From a bacterium (lineage in GTDB: Bacteria; Hinthialibacterota; Hinthialibacteria; Hinthialibacterales; Hinthialibacteraceae): a stretch of 64,000 nucleotides of DNA. The translations under genes were made by a program, and so were the position numbers. The notes beneath the pieces were generated by a model, which had not been told where the DNA came from, ran no database searches, and worked only from the letters and a program-made list of their open reading frames with translations. The stretch is from contig CAXXSM010000118.1 in NCBI GenBank assembly GCA_963663405.2, positions 64,001 through 128,000 on the forward strand, in the 5' to 3' direction. This document shows, piece by piece, positions 41,190-52,516 of this stretch (position 1 is its first letter; each line of letters starts with the position of its first letter).

Positions 41190-42887
41190 TTACCTCAACA
41201 TCCAGTCGTCAATCGCAACAACACCCATAGGGCCAGCTTTGAGATTATCAAAACGGGCATGATGCGACTCCACTAAATCACCAGCGAAGTCCGGGTACGC
41301 CGGGCGGTAGTGGAGAGCCGCCGGTCCAAACGAATACTCCGAATCGCTGATTAGCGCGACCTCATCTCCATCAACAACAAACTTGATAGAATCATCTAAA
41401 CATTCGATCCGGAAACGGCGCCAACCGTCATCGTCAATATTCATTGTGCCAAAATCAGTGGCGAATCCTTCCAATCGTTCCCGCGTATGAGCTGTGTCGT
41501 TGCCACTCGCGTACTTGCGGGCAAAAATCTGTCCAAGGTCAGACTCATAGGAAAGAGCGTAACCACCGCACGCCCAGTTGGACGCTTGATCTCCAGGAGC
41601 GTCGAGTTTGGGAGCATTGGGATTTGTCGCATTTAATCGCGCGCCGAGAGATACGCGATCGTATCCACCTTGATAATCGTCGCGCAGTTCGCAATAGACG
41701 TCCACTTCAACAAAATAATCTTGATTGAAACTCTGCCCGAAAACCAGCGTATCATATCCATATGACGAACCGATTTCGACAGCGTATCCAGGGCTGGACG
41801 CGCCCTCCAGTGGATTGGGTTCAATCCCCGGTAGTAAGGCCTCGGCGGTTTCCGCGTCAGGGAATCCCACTTCATACGTTTTATCCACAGTAACATCGAT
41901 AACTGGCCTTTCATCCCCTGACATTCCCCATTGCGCCACACCGCGATAAATAATATCTGGATTCAATCCGGTTTCGTCGAACGGGTCGGCGACGGCTGTC
42001 GTATCCAAATTGTTATAGGAACTGAGCGCTCCAGTGAAATCAACTGTTGTAACCTCCTCAAGCAGAGTCAGCGAAGTGACTCCAGGTTCAAACTCATATC
42101 CATATTTCATAGGAAAAAGGCGGTAGGGCTTCCCTTGATACAACGTTTCAAACACATACTCTCCGGAAGTGTCTGTTTTCGTTTGGAGAATTTCTGTTTC
42201 TCCGATCGCATAGACGGTCACATCCGATAGTGGAGTGTCTCCTTCTACAATGGAACCTTGTACACTCGCGCCCGGAAGTTCGCTGATAAAATGAATATCG
42301 TCTACGTATAGTGTTCCCGCGACGTTATCCACATCACCTACCACCATGAATCCAGCGTCTACAATATCGGTCCAATCAGCGTCCGGTTGATCCGTCCCAT
42401 ATCCGTCATCCCACGTCTCTTCGACAAACGAGTCGAGGGCTAACGTGACCTGCTGCCATTCCGGGGTTACGACGTAATTGTGGGGAATTCGAAATCGAAT
42501 GACGCGCCCTCGGCTGTCCCACAGAAAAACCATAGCCTGCATTGCGCCATCAACGAGATTGGGATCCCCGTAAATCCAGAATGTAATCGCGAAATATTGT
42601 TCCAAGTCGAGTGGAAATTCTGGGATCCATCGCTGTAACTTGTTGTACCACCATTTCTCGGGCATATCGACTAGCAATTCCATACAGTAATTTCCATCGG
42701 GTGGATTCATGGTGTCATTTAAGAAATAAAAAAGCCCATCGGGGCCACCCGCTTTTGAATATTGCCACTCGATGGATAGATCGAAATCATCCAGGTAATC
42801 TTCAAAATCATCCACCAGTTGATCCAGCGCGCCTGCTGACGGCGCCCAAAGAGCCACACAAATGAAAAGGAATAGTGATCTTTGCAT
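41190..42887 (-). CDS. Acidic secreted multidomain protein (CBM-like, carboxypeptidase-regulatory-like and laminin-G/DUF1080-like domains)
   Basis: Signal peptide, LVDDFED...WQQVTLAL..F...YVDDI (CBM11-like), TDTSGEYVF and WRRFRIE..D.SIKFVVDG. Ends VAIDDWMLR. Confidence 0.6.
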   Translation of the reverse strand: MQRSLFLFICVALWAPSAGALDQLVDDFEDYLDDFDLSIEWQYSKAGGPDGLFYFLNDTMNPPDGNYCMELLVDMPEKWWYNKLQRWIPEFPLDLEQYFAITFWIYGDPNLVDGAMQAMVFLWDSRGRVIRFRIPHNYVVTPEWQQVTLALDSFVEETWDDGYGTDQPDADWTDIVDAGFMVVGDVDNVAGTLYVDDIHFISELPGASVQGSIVEGDTPLSDVTVYAIGETEILQTKTDTSGEYVFETLYQGKPYRLFPMKYGYEFEPGVTSLTLLEEVTTVDFTGALSSYNNLDTTAVADPFDETGLNPDIIYRGVAQWGMSGDERPVIDVTVDKTYEVGFPDAETAEALLPGIEPNPLEGASSPGYAVEIGSSYGYDTLVFGQSFNQDYFVEVDVYCELRDDYQGGYDRVSLGARLNATNPNAPKLDAPGDQASNWACGGYALSYESDLGQIFARKYASGNDTAHTRERLEGFATDFGTMNIDDDGWRRFRIECLDDSIKFVVDGDEVALISDSEYSFGPAALHYRPAYPDFAGDLVESHHARFDNLKAGPMGVVAIDDWMLR

Positions 42888-43421
42888 TTTCTTTCTCCTT
42901 ATTTAAGAAATAACAGATAAAATATATCCGTCATGAACCCTAATTTAAATGTTAACAGAGAATTAATGAAACCTTTTTATCGCCCAATTCGTTTTTCAAG
43001 GTAAAAAAAACAGAAAACGTTACGATAATATGAATGGTGATTCGGCTTGAATTGGATATTTTCACATTTCACAAATAAACTGAAGGTTTATGATGCGTAA
43101 AAGTATATTGAGTCCCCTTTTCAGACGTGAGCGATTGTTATTATCAATCAGTATTCTTTTATTGATAATAGATAGGAGTTTTTATCGAGCGAAGCCGAGA
43201 TACAAACTCTATTGGACGAAGTGCGGGGGGAATGTGAGAACCTATAACACACCATTAATTCGCGAAACGGTTCAATTGAGAAAGAGAAGTTGATGGTTTA
43301 GAAAGAGAAAATCATCTTGAAACTATAGAAATCCCATCACGGCAAGAAAAGTAAAAAAATCTTCCCACGTAAAGTTATAATTTCTTTGTATAGCCATCGC
43401 GATGCTTACAATCGGAATCGA

Positions 43422-44588
43422 TCAGGGGCTTCGATTCCGATTGAGGGTTTCAATGACAATCACGTTACAGCTTTTGCAACGCGGACATTTAGGCCATTCC
43501 GGCGCCGATTCTTGGCCGGTCCGATCGAATACTGCTTTGTCGTTGGTCTCTTTTGAAACGATGGAATTCTCAACCGATTCGGGAATAGAAACGCTCTCCG
43601 CCTTGGGGGCGAGGAGCAAACGGATTCGATTGCGTGTGTCCCGATGACAGTGATGCCACAGCCCATAGTAGCGGACTTTATGGAAGCCGCGGGGGAGCAC
43701 ATGCATCACGAAGCGCCGCAGAAATTCTTCGCCCGGCAAGCGGAGAGTTCGCCAATGCTTCTCTTTGAAGGTCTTGTAGCGGAACGTCACGTGGGTAGCG
43801 TCCATTGCCAGAAGCCGGTGGTTGGAGATCGCGATGCGATAGACATAGCGCCCCAGGTAATTCAAGATGGCTTTCACGCCTTTGCCATACGGTTTGCAGA
43901 ACGAGTTCCAGCCTCTATTCCAGACCTTGGTCTCGATGCCTTGGAAGATCTCCGGCGCCGCTTTTTCGAGCCGTTCTTTAAAGCGCCGGCGAACGAGTAA
44001 GCTGAGCGTTCCCACATGGAGAAGCCATTTCGGGTGGCGGAGTTCCATCCAAGAGTGGCCGTCCTCACTCACGGCGCCGGCGCTGACCAACAGATGGACA
44101 TGTGGATGCAATTCCAGATCTCCCCGCCAAGTGTGCAGCACGGCCAGGATCGCCGGGGTCCCGCCAACGACTTGGGGATTGCGCATCAGATCCATGATAC
44201 AGGAAGCAGCCGTCGTCATCAGCAACCCATAGAGAATCTTTTGATGAGCCAAGAAAGCCGCCCGGATAGACTGCGGAACTGTTACGATTACATGAAAGTA
44301 ACGGCAGCCAAGCATCTGGTCTTCCCGCTTCTCGATCCATTGCCGCATCGCCTGGGAATGACAGGACGGACAGGATCGATTGCCACACCCGTGATACACC
44401 CAGAAGTCTTCGCCGCAGTCCTGACAGTGATAACGATGCCCTCCCAGTTCCGCCGTATGACAGGCCATGATATCGTGCAGCGCTTTACGCTGGGAGGGCA
44501 AAAGGCGCTTCCCTTGCTGCCGGATATAGGCCGGGCCAAACCGGCGAACCACATCGCCGAGTTCGAGGTTCGATGAAGTGCAATTCAT
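43422..44588 (-). CDS. IS91-family (HUH/Y2) transposase with a zinc-binding domain
   Basis: C..C...HGCGNRSCPSC, FHVIVTVP, LHTW...HPHVH HUH motif, YLGRY and FVMHVLPRGFHKVRYYG. Confidence 0.92.
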   Translation of the reverse strand: MNCTSSNLELGDVVRRFGPAYIRQQGKRLLPSQRKALHDIMACHTAELGGHRYHCQDCGEDFWVYHGCGNRSCPSCHSQAMRQWIEKREDQMLGCRYFHVIVTVPQSIRAAFLAHQKILYGLLMTTAASCIMDLMRNPQVVGGTPAILAVLHTWRGDLELHPHVHLLVSAGAVSEDGHSWMELRHPKWLLHVGTLSLLVRRRFKERLEKAAPEIFQGIETKVWNRGWNSFCKPYGKGVKAILNYLGRYVYRIAISNHRLLAMDATHVTFRYKTFKEKHWRTLRLPGEEFLRRFVMHVLPRGFHKVRYYGLWHHCHRDTRNRIRLLLAPKAESVSIPESVENSIVSKETNDKAVFDRTGQESAPEWPKCPRCKSCNVIVIETLNRNRSP

Positions 44589-44597
44589 GATTCCTCC

Positions 44598-45445
44598 TCA
44601 CATCAGATCGGCGAACACGGCGTTGATCCGATCCTGAGCCTCGTGGCGAAGCGGCTCAGTCAAATGAGTGTAGATCTGTGTCGAACGAATACTGGAATGG
44701 CCGAGAAGAATCTGGACAACGCGCAGGCTTTCGCCGTTCTCCAGCAATCTGCTGGCAAACGAATGACGCATCGAATGCGGCTTCACATCGTCTGTCAGCC
44801 CGGTAGCGTTACAGGCCAAGCGAAACGCTTTGCCGAGTGTCGATGAGGGAATGTGGTTGGAGCCTTGTTGGTTGGGGAATAGCCAGGTGGGATGGCGATG
44901 CATCAACCAGAGTTCACGCATCGGCTCCAACAAGGTGTCCGGGAGAGGAACGATTCGCTCTTTATCGCCCTTCCCAATAATCCGTAAACTCATTTGGTTG
45001 GAATCGATCTGCCGCACCGGAAGAGAGATGACTTCACTGGTCCGAAGGCCGCACGCATACATCAACGTTAGAGCCAACCGGTAGGGCGTTTTCCTGACGG
45101 CGGCCAGGAGGGCGCGAACTTGGGAATGGGTTAATGAATGCGGCAGGCGCTTTTGGCGAGGCTTACGAATCTTTTTTTTGCAAACAACGGCCACCCCAGA
45201 TCCAGCGTGGTTTGATAAAGAAATTTCAGCGCGCTGTAGTGGACCTGAAACGTTCCGAGAGCGACTTTCTTCACGTCTCGCAAATTCAGTAAATAGACCC
45301 GGACGAGTTCCTCGCTAATGCATTCTGGCGAGCAATCAAATTCTAGAGCGAATGAGGCGACGGCTCGGACGTATGCTTTTTGCGTGCCTTCGCTCAGTCC
45401 TGCTAACGTCATGTCTTCGATCATGCGTTTCCGTAATGATTTCAT
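44598..45445 (-). CDS. Tyrosine recombinase/integrase split into SAM-like N-terminal and catalytic ORFs by a -1 frameshift
   Basis: LRKRMIEDMTLAGLSEGTQKAY N-terminus, then YACGLRTSE, GKGDKER, HSMRHSFA and LLGHSSIRSTQIY. An A8 run at 45172-45179 lies at the junction. Confidence 0.88.
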
Positions 45446-46082
45446 GATCTTTCTCCTGTAAATAAGTAGTGGTTGGCAGTCTTACAGCCACTGCCTTCTC
45501 AGAAGAAATACATGACAACTCAGGAGATTTCGCAAGGGGATTGTTCAACTAGAAAATTCGGCGTACGACACTCTGCGGCGGAGCCGCTTCGTCCAATAAC
45601 ATTTATCTATTGGATTTCATTTCAGGATTTTGGGCCTTCCAGCGAACCGTTGAAAATAACCGCGGGTGATACCAGCGGAATCCGCCATCAATTCGCCCGT
45701 TTATTGAATGAGGAAGCGCAACCGTTCGGTGTATCTCTCGAGCTGGCCGGAACGCAAGGATCAGAGGAAGCGCTCGATCTTGTCAATCAAGGTAAATTGA
45801 ATCTTGCGTTTGTACAAGGTGGCTTACGCCAAAACCGGCCAGTCTCTGAATTGTGGAAAGAAGTGTTGGAAGATAGTGTCAACATTGGAAGAAAAACACT
45901 CTCATTTCGTTTACATCAATTTTCAAAGATTCCGTCCAAAGAAACCTGTGTTCGTCCGAAAAATCCAGCCACCCGACCGGGATTCATTGCAATGCATAGA
46001 TTACTCAAACGATATTACTCACTGATATAGGCAGGATTAAGATATTATTATCGAATATATATAATGGAGGGAATTATAACGA

Positions 46083-47456
46083 TCAAAGATATCCTTCCTC
46101 CCGGTATTTTCGCAATTTGTAGGTCAATGCGCGGCGGCTGATTCCTAATTGCCGCGCCGTCTCGGATCGATTGTCATTATTGTTCCGCAGGGCTTTCAAA
46201 ATCGTTTCCCGTTCCACATCTTCCAACCGATTCGCCGGGTTTGCTTCCACTGCTTTTTTAGATCCTGCGTCATACTGCGCCCGTATCCGCTTCGGAAGAT
46301 GTTCGGGAATGATCAATTCCCCACGAGCCATGAGGGTGGCCCGTTCCATGGCGTTACACAGTTCACGAACATTGCCTGGCCAAGTGTATTCTACTAAAAG
46401 CCGGATCACGGATTGAGACAACCGGGAACGGCCCGATGTAAGTTGATCCGCAAAATACGTAGCCAGGGGGATAATATCTTCCCGCCGTTCCCGTAAAGAA
46501 GGGATATTCAATTCGATGACATTCAGTCTGAAAAACAAGTCTTCCCGAAATTTTCCCTCTTTCACTTCACGCTCAAGATCCCGATTGGTAGCGGTAAGAA
46601 TGCGCGCATCTGAATAGCGCTCCATATTGGAGCCTAAGCGCTGGAACGCGCCATCCTGTGTGACCCGTAAGAGTTTGGCCTGCAAAGCGGGCGACATTTC
46701 CGCGATTTCATCCAAGAGGATCGTTCCTCCATGCGCCTCTTCAAATCGCCCGGTTCGCATTTGAGAAGCGCCGGAGAACGCCCCTTTTTCATGACCGAAC
46801 AATTCACTTTCCAATAAGGTTTCCGGTATCGCGGCGCAATTGACTTTGATAAAGGAATGATTGGAGCGGGAACTCCAGTTGTGGATTAAATCAGCGAGAA
46901 TCTCCTTCCCCACCCCACTTTCTCCAGTGATCAGAATCCGGCATTCTGATGAAGCGACCAGCGCCGCTTCCCGATAGACCTCCTGAATTAATGGACTTTC
47001 CGCAATTACATGCTCAGGCAGCTGAAAATCTTCTGGCAGCGCAGGTTTTCCCTGTTTTTGTATCCCTAAAGCCTGACATACGGAGGCTAGCAGTTCATCC
47101 AGATCGATCGGTTTTTCCAAGTAGTTCACCGCGCCGACGCGCATGGCCTTGACCGCGTCCCGGATATCGGGGTAGGCGGTCACCAAAAGAATGGGCAGCG
47201 ATAAACCTGTCTTTCGGATTTCTTGCAACGTTTCCAAACCGGAAAGACCCGGCATTCGAACGTCGGAGATCATCATCTGAATCGTCAGATCCTCTTGATA
47301 TAAGCGCTTTAACGCCTGTTCCCCCGAAGACGCCGTTTGGATTCGGAATCCTTGTGATTTTAAAAATAATTCTAGCAGGTTCCGTTGTCCGGCGTCATCA
47401 TCCACAACGAGAATTTGATATTGATTGAATGGCAAAGCCGTTCCTATCTGAGCCAT
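46083..47456 (-). CDS. Sigma54-dependent response regulator (NtrC/ZraR/AtoC family)
   Basis: Receiver domain, GESGVGKE, ESELFGHEKGAFSGA, FREDLFFRLNV, WPGNVREL and a Fis-type HTH. Confidence 0.95.
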   Translation of the reverse strand: MAQIGTALPFNQYQILVVDDDAGQRNLLELFLKSQGFRIQTASSGEQALKRLYQEDLTIQMMISDVRMPGLSGLETLQEIRKTGLSLPILLVTAYPDIRDAVKAMRVGAVNYLEKPIDLDELLASVCQALGIQKQGKPALPEDFQLPEHVIAESPLIQEVYREAALVASSECRILITGESGVGKEILADLIHNWSSRSNHSFIKVNCAAIPETLLESELFGHEKGAFSGASQMRTGRFEEAHGGTILLDEIAEMSPALQAKLLRVTQDGAFQRLGSNMERYSDARILTATNRDLEREVKEGKFREDLFFRLNVIELNIPSLRERREDIIPLATYFADQLTSGRSRLSQSVIRLLVEYTWPGNVRELCNAMERATLMARGELIIPEHLPKRIRAQYDAGSKKAVEANPANRLEDVERETILKALRNNNDNRSETARQLGISRRALTYKLRKYREEGYL

Positions 47457-47538
47457 TCTTGATCTCCTTGTCAGAGTAGGCGCAAAGCATTATCCATAGC
47501 AAGAAAATGGAAAGAGCAGGGGTATATGACAATATGGA

Positions 47539-49065
47539 TCATTCTTGAAATAGAGCAAGACCTGATAAACGAAACCAGGCGCCGGATGGCTGATTGGATT
47601 GATAGTCGATTTCCCATCGATGGGCAAGGATAATCTGCTTGACGACGGCCAAACCTAATCCAGTTCCATTTTCTCGAGTGGTAAAGTACGGCCGGAAGAT
47701 TTTATCCTGATTTTCCAACGTAATTCCTGGCCCATTATCGCGGATATTCAACGTGGCGCTCAGCTTCCCATTTTGGACCGCGTCGATTTGAATCTCTCCT
47801 TGGGGTTCAACGGATTGGATGGAATTAATCAGCAGATTGAAAATCACCTGACGTAACAAGGTTTCATCCGCCAAGATCGTGATTTCTGGCGCGTCAACAG
47901 AGATTTTAATGTTTTTATCTTCCAAATCGGTCTGCAATGTACGAATCACATCCTGAATCGTGGGCTCCAATAGGATCGGTGAAAGATGAGGTTCACGGGG
48001 TTTGGAATAATCAATGAACTCATTCAGTTGCGCCGTCACACGATCTACTTCTTCGGTAATACTCCAAGCCTGATCATGTATCTTCGAATCGACGGATGGT
48101 TCTTTTGCGATCAATTGCGCCAGCCCACGGACCAGGTTGAGAGGATTACGCGTTTCATGAGCCAATCCCGCCGCCGCTAAGTTCATTTCCCGCAGATGAA
48201 TGTTCATCTCTCCAGCGCGGACCAGACGCAACTGCAACGCGGACGATTTTACCTGATTGCGCCAAGCAAACGCAAGAGCAACCAACGCGAGAAACGCAAA
48301 ACCGATAATGAAAAACCGCACCCACAGATCATTCTGTAGAGAACGATGATAATCGGTCAATGACATTTCTATAGCGAAACCATGAATGCCCGCGCGTTCA
48401 AGTAGAGAATTAAATTCATCTGGTTCCATTCCATGTGGAGGCCCAGGCCGGAATCGATCGCGCCTGCGATTTGAATTTAGTGAACCACTTGCCGAATTCA
48501 CTATACCGGACGCGCTTTCGATATCCGGTCCAAAAGAGGGATCAGGCGGGCCTTCCCGATCTTCTTGAAAGGGTGGACGAGGGGGCGGGGGGCCTCTCCA
48601 TCTCCGAAAGATCCGTTCTCGATCCTGCTCCGACAGGATTAACAGCGGATGAGACGCTTGGGAAGAGGGATTGGTTCTGGCGTTTAGATCGACCAGATTG
48701 ATAAAGGTTACTGTTTTCTTTCCCCAGACTTCATCGGTATCCGGAAATGGCTGCGAAACAAATTCCACCGGGGTTCCAACGGAACAGACCACCTCCCCCG
48801 CGGCATTATACAGTGTGACTGAATATAGTTCCCGCATTTGAGTCAAATCATACAGCGCGTTTTCCAGCCGGGCTTGATGGATGACGCCTCCGAATAAGGA
48901 TTGAGAACGGAGAACCACGCCCAGCGTATTCGAGATGTCACGCGCTCGATTGATCAAAGCCTCCCGGCTCCGGTCTCTGAAACGATTGGATTCAACCACT
49001 GACCAGACAACAAGGGTGATGGCAATCAGGATGAAAATCGCTGGCACTTTAAATTTTTGTATCAT
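47539..49065 (-). CDS. Sensor histidine kinase (ZraS/AtoS-like)
   Basis: Two TM helices around a periplasmic domain with a Pro-rich insert. AAGLAHETRNPL H-box, DNGPGI, FTTRENGTGLGL. The start overlaps the gspD stop. Confidence 0.93.
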   Translation of the reverse strand: MIQKFKVPAIFILIAITLVVWSVVESNRFRDRSREALINRARDISNTLGVVLRSQSLFGGVIHQARLENALYDLTQMRELYSVTLYNAAGEVVCSVGTPVEFVSQPFPDTDEVWGKKTVTFINLVDLNARTNPSSQASHPLLILSEQDRERIFRRWRGPPPPRPPFQEDREGPPDPSFGPDIESASGIVNSASGSLNSNRRRDRFRPGPPHGMEPDEFNSLLERAGIHGFAIEMSLTDYHRSLQNDLWVRFFIIGFAFLALVALAFAWRNQVKSSALQLRLVRAGEMNIHLREMNLAAAGLAHETRNPLNLVRGLAQLIAKEPSVDSKIHDQAWSITEEVDRVTAQLNEFIDYSKPREPHLSPILLEPTIQDVIRTLQTDLEDKNIKISVDAPEITILADETLLRQVIFNLLINSIQSVEPQGEIQIDAVQNGKLSATLNIRDNGPGITLENQDKIFRPYFTTRENGTGLGLAVVKQIILAHRWEIDYQSNQPSGAWFRLSGLALFQE

Positions 49066-51925
49066 TGAACACGGCCTGGATAAAAGATTGAAGATCGTCT
49101 TCGCGATCGTTTTGCTTTATTTGATTTAGATGATTCTTGATTGGAATCTCCCTGTTTTATAATTGATTCTTCCTGGTTCGATTCGGATTCAATTTCTTTT
49201 GAAGAATCTTTTCCCTTGGATTCTTCAGTTTTGGTTACCGGTAAATTGTCAATAAATTTATTCAATTGTTCTTCCGAAAACGTATTCGGAATTAACTCTG
49301 AATACGCTCGTTCGTTTTGCGACATTTCAACTAGACCCGCTGGCCCATCCACAACATAAGGCGTTAAGAAGATCAGCAATTCGGTCTTCGTTTTATTTTT
49401 AATATTCCTTCGGAAGAGCATTCCCAATAGAGGGATATCACCCAGTACAGGCACTTTGTTGGTGATTTCCACATTGTTGTCTTCCATCATGCCACCAATG
49501 ACAACTGTCTGCCCATTGGGTGTGACCACCACCGTATCAGCCGAACGCTTGGCGATGATAGGCGTATTGACATTGGTAGTCAAAGCGACGGTTTCATCGG
49601 TTAAATTGGAAATTTCCGGCGCTAGAATCATTTCGACCAAGCCATCCTTGGTGATGAAAGGCGTCACACGTAGTATAATCCCGATGTCTTCATATTCTAC
49701 TGTATTCAGAGTTTCTCCATCTTCTAAATATCGTGTATTCGTGATCTTCGGAAACTCTTTCCCCACAGTGATGACCGCTTCCTGGTTGTTCCGGGTGAGA
49801 ATCGATGGACGGGAGAGCACTTCGGTTCGTCCCACTTCAGCAATCGCCCGGACCGTGATACTGACATCATTTTCAATCAACCGGTAAAATCCTCCCAGAT
49901 TTTCCGCGGCCACACCAAATGAGGTTTGAAATTCCTGACCATTCCCGCTGGGACGTAAATTTAGACTCGCGAGTCCATCGACTCCTAAATCACGATCATC
50001 ATTATATGTGACTTCCAAAAATAACACCTTGATCAGTACTTGCTGAACGGGCTGGTCCAGTTGTTCGATGATTTGCCGAATATGATCATTCGTTTCTTCA
50101 TCCGCTATGACAATGATGGAACGTGAGTCATGGTCCGCTTCAATAATGGCTTCACCGATCATCCCATTGGACTGATAATAACGCTGTACGCTTTGCGATC
50201 CGCTTGAGTAAGATCCCTGTCCCATACCCCCACGCCCACCTCCACCAAAGAACTGGGCGAACGAGGAGTCTGTATACGGACCGGTCATCAAGAAGAGCAA
50301 GACTGGAAGAAAACCTTTCCGGATCAATTTATACATGGCACATCCCTTTCTGTCTGGGAACGAATTCCCGTTGTATTCTGCTTCCGTCAATCTACCGCCC
50401 GGCCCCAGTCTGTCCGAAGGTTTGGGTTTGCATGGTCCGGTTTGCTTAACGTATTTTGATTCGTACTACTTGTTGAACTGCGGTTGATGGAATTATAGGA
50501 ATTGGATTCAAAAATATTCCGCAGAATTTCCGCCACGTTATCTACATCGGCGTACTGCAGGTGATAGACGTACACTTGTTGTTTTTTAGCCTTGTTCTGA
50601 TCCAATTGTTCTAACATGGGAATGAGTTGAAGCATGGTGTCATGAGCGGCGCTTATAATGACGGAATTCGTGCGGGGATCCGCGGACGCATTGAACCTGA
50701 GTCTGTTTCAAAGCGCGGTCGCTCGTGTTCGATTGATTATTCCCTTCTCGTCCACCCATCATTCCACCCATCATTCCACCCCGCCCGAAGCGGGGCGCGA
50801 ATTGGCTGCTACTTTGACTGGAGTCATCGGGGAACAATTCTGTGATCAGATTGGCCGTTTCATATGCGTCGGCGTATTTTCAATTGAAAAAATCCGAATC
50901 TCGGTAATATCTTCTGTGGGCTGATCGATTTGATTGATGATTTGCTCGATGGCCGGCATCAATTCTTCCGCCGCGCTGACGACCAAAGCGTTAGATCGCT
51001 CATCAGCCACCGCGACTACACGCGATGCGGCTCGTTGCACATCATTATTTGAACTATCATTTCCACCACTGCCACCCGGGCCGCCAAAACCACCTGGCCC
51101 CCCAAAACCACCTGGGCCGCCAAAGCCACCTGGCCCTCCAGTGCTGCCACGGCCGCCACGGCCTCTCATCCCACCAAATCTCCCACTACGATTGTTATTG
51201 TTGGAATTGGATGAATCCTGTTGAAACAATTCCGTGATGACTTCCGCCAATTCCGTGGCGTCCGCATATTGGAGAGGGAAAACAGCCAGCATCGACAAAC
51301 TGGTCAACGGACTATCCAACGCTTGGATGATCTCTATCATTCGGCGGACATTGGTCTGCGTATCGGTGATAATGATCGAATTACTGCTTTCATTCGCCGA
51401 AAGGGTCGCATAGGCGGGGATCAGGGGTTGCAGGTTTGTAATCAATTGTGTGGCGTCGATGTGACGCGCCGGGATAATCTGTGTGATCATTTCATCATTC
51501 TTAGGGAGTTCTTGTGGATCATTCCCGTGTTTAACGGGCAGATCCCGGAGTTTGGCCTCATCCCGGTCAACAATAGTCAATGTCCGGCCATTGCGGATGG
51601 CAGTAAATCCTTTTTCATGCAAGATGGTATTCAGCAGATCCACCGCTTCTTCACGGTTTAAGGGTTGATGGCTCCATACATCCACATCCCCATTCAACTG
51701 GCTTTCTTTCACGATAATGAAACCCGCGGTTTCACTTAAATAATCCAAAACGTCATCCAGAGGCACTCCGCGAAAATTCAGTTTAATTTGAACTGGATCA
51801 CTTTCTTCTGAATTCGCTGGAGCCGCTTGCTCCGCTTGGATCACGGGGGATATACATAGACTTAGAATACAGAATCCAACAAATCGAATGGGGAATCGGA
51901 AATAACGCACTATCGTTTTCATCAT
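49062..51925 (-). pseudogene. gspD: Type II secretion secretin GspD, broken into 4 ORFs in this sequence (possibly sequencing error)
   Basis: N0 domain LNFRGVPLDDVL, N-domain repeats (ANESSNSIIITD, ADERSNALVV, LQYAD), secretin core QVLIKV, VLSRPSILT.NNQEA, GIILRVTP and KVPVLGDIPLLG. Confidence 0.85.
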
Positions 51926-52516
51926 TGTGTCTCCTCTCGTCTTCGCGCCCTCATTTTTTGCAGTAAATCTTGTGTGTCATCATCCGTACTGGATTCTGTT
52001 GCGCTTACTTTTTCTGTCCTTGCAGCGGGCTGGGATGGAGTTTCTCTGGCGTATTCCAATTTGTTCTGCGATACGATCCAGGGAGAATCACCTTGCCGGG
52101 ATAATCCCAATCCAACAGAAAGTGCAATGGGTTGATTCTCTTTTTTCAACACTACGCCATCCGTCTTTATCGAATCAAGCTGATATCCCGCAAGTTGACC
52201 GCCTAAGAGAACGACTCTGTTATATTCCGGAACTGTGCTTTTAAAAAACGCATACGAACTGGCGTCGGAAATCAACGTACCGATAAGGGATATCGAATCC
52301 GTTCTCGGCGCACGGGGAGCGGGCTCTCTCCTGGGGACAAACACCCGGCGGTTACGATCGAATATGTTCCGTTTCAGGATCAGATTGAATGATTCCAAAA
52401 GTTGGATATGGATTATCCTCACGAGTGGAATCATCATCCTGCGCACAAACAGCGCCTGGCAAGAGAAACATGACCAGGATCCCTATCGCTACATATCGTA
52501 TTGTGATGCGGCTCAT
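51922..52516 (-). CDS. GspC-like type II secretion protein (one apparent frameshift near 52398)
   Basis: ATG at 52516 overlaps the upstream stop and begins MSRITIRYVAIGILVMFLLPGAVCAQ. It continues as FNLILKRNIFD...LIGTLIS....AFF after an extra T in a T-run. Confidence 0.55.

Larger units (their letters stand above)
43169..45599 (-). mobile_element. Tyrosine-recombinase + IS91-like transposase element (about 2.43 kb)
   Basis: Carries both genes. Subterminal inverted repeat TATTGGACGAAG (43210-43221) / CTTCGTCCAATA (45587-45598). A 4-bp ATAA core is shared at 43165-43168 and 45596-45599. Confidence 0.75.
43090..46030 (+). pseudogene. TAXI-family TRAP substrate-binding protein gene, interrupted by the element and apparently truncated
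   Basis: The 5' part MMRKSILSPLFRRERLLLSISILLLI joins at ATAA to TFIYWISF...LKITAGDTSG...GTQGSEEALDLVNQGKLNLAFVQGG (TAXI-like). Similarity is lost after about 45840. Confidence 0.6.

Noticed and set aside
43090-43293. Independent 67-aa small protein
   Set aside because: Better explained as the 5' stub of the interrupted TAXI-like gene reading into the element.
51076-51140. 18-bp tandem repeat as a contingency locus or DGR target
   Set aside because: It encodes an in-frame GGPGGF linker in the secretin, and no reverse transcriptase is present.
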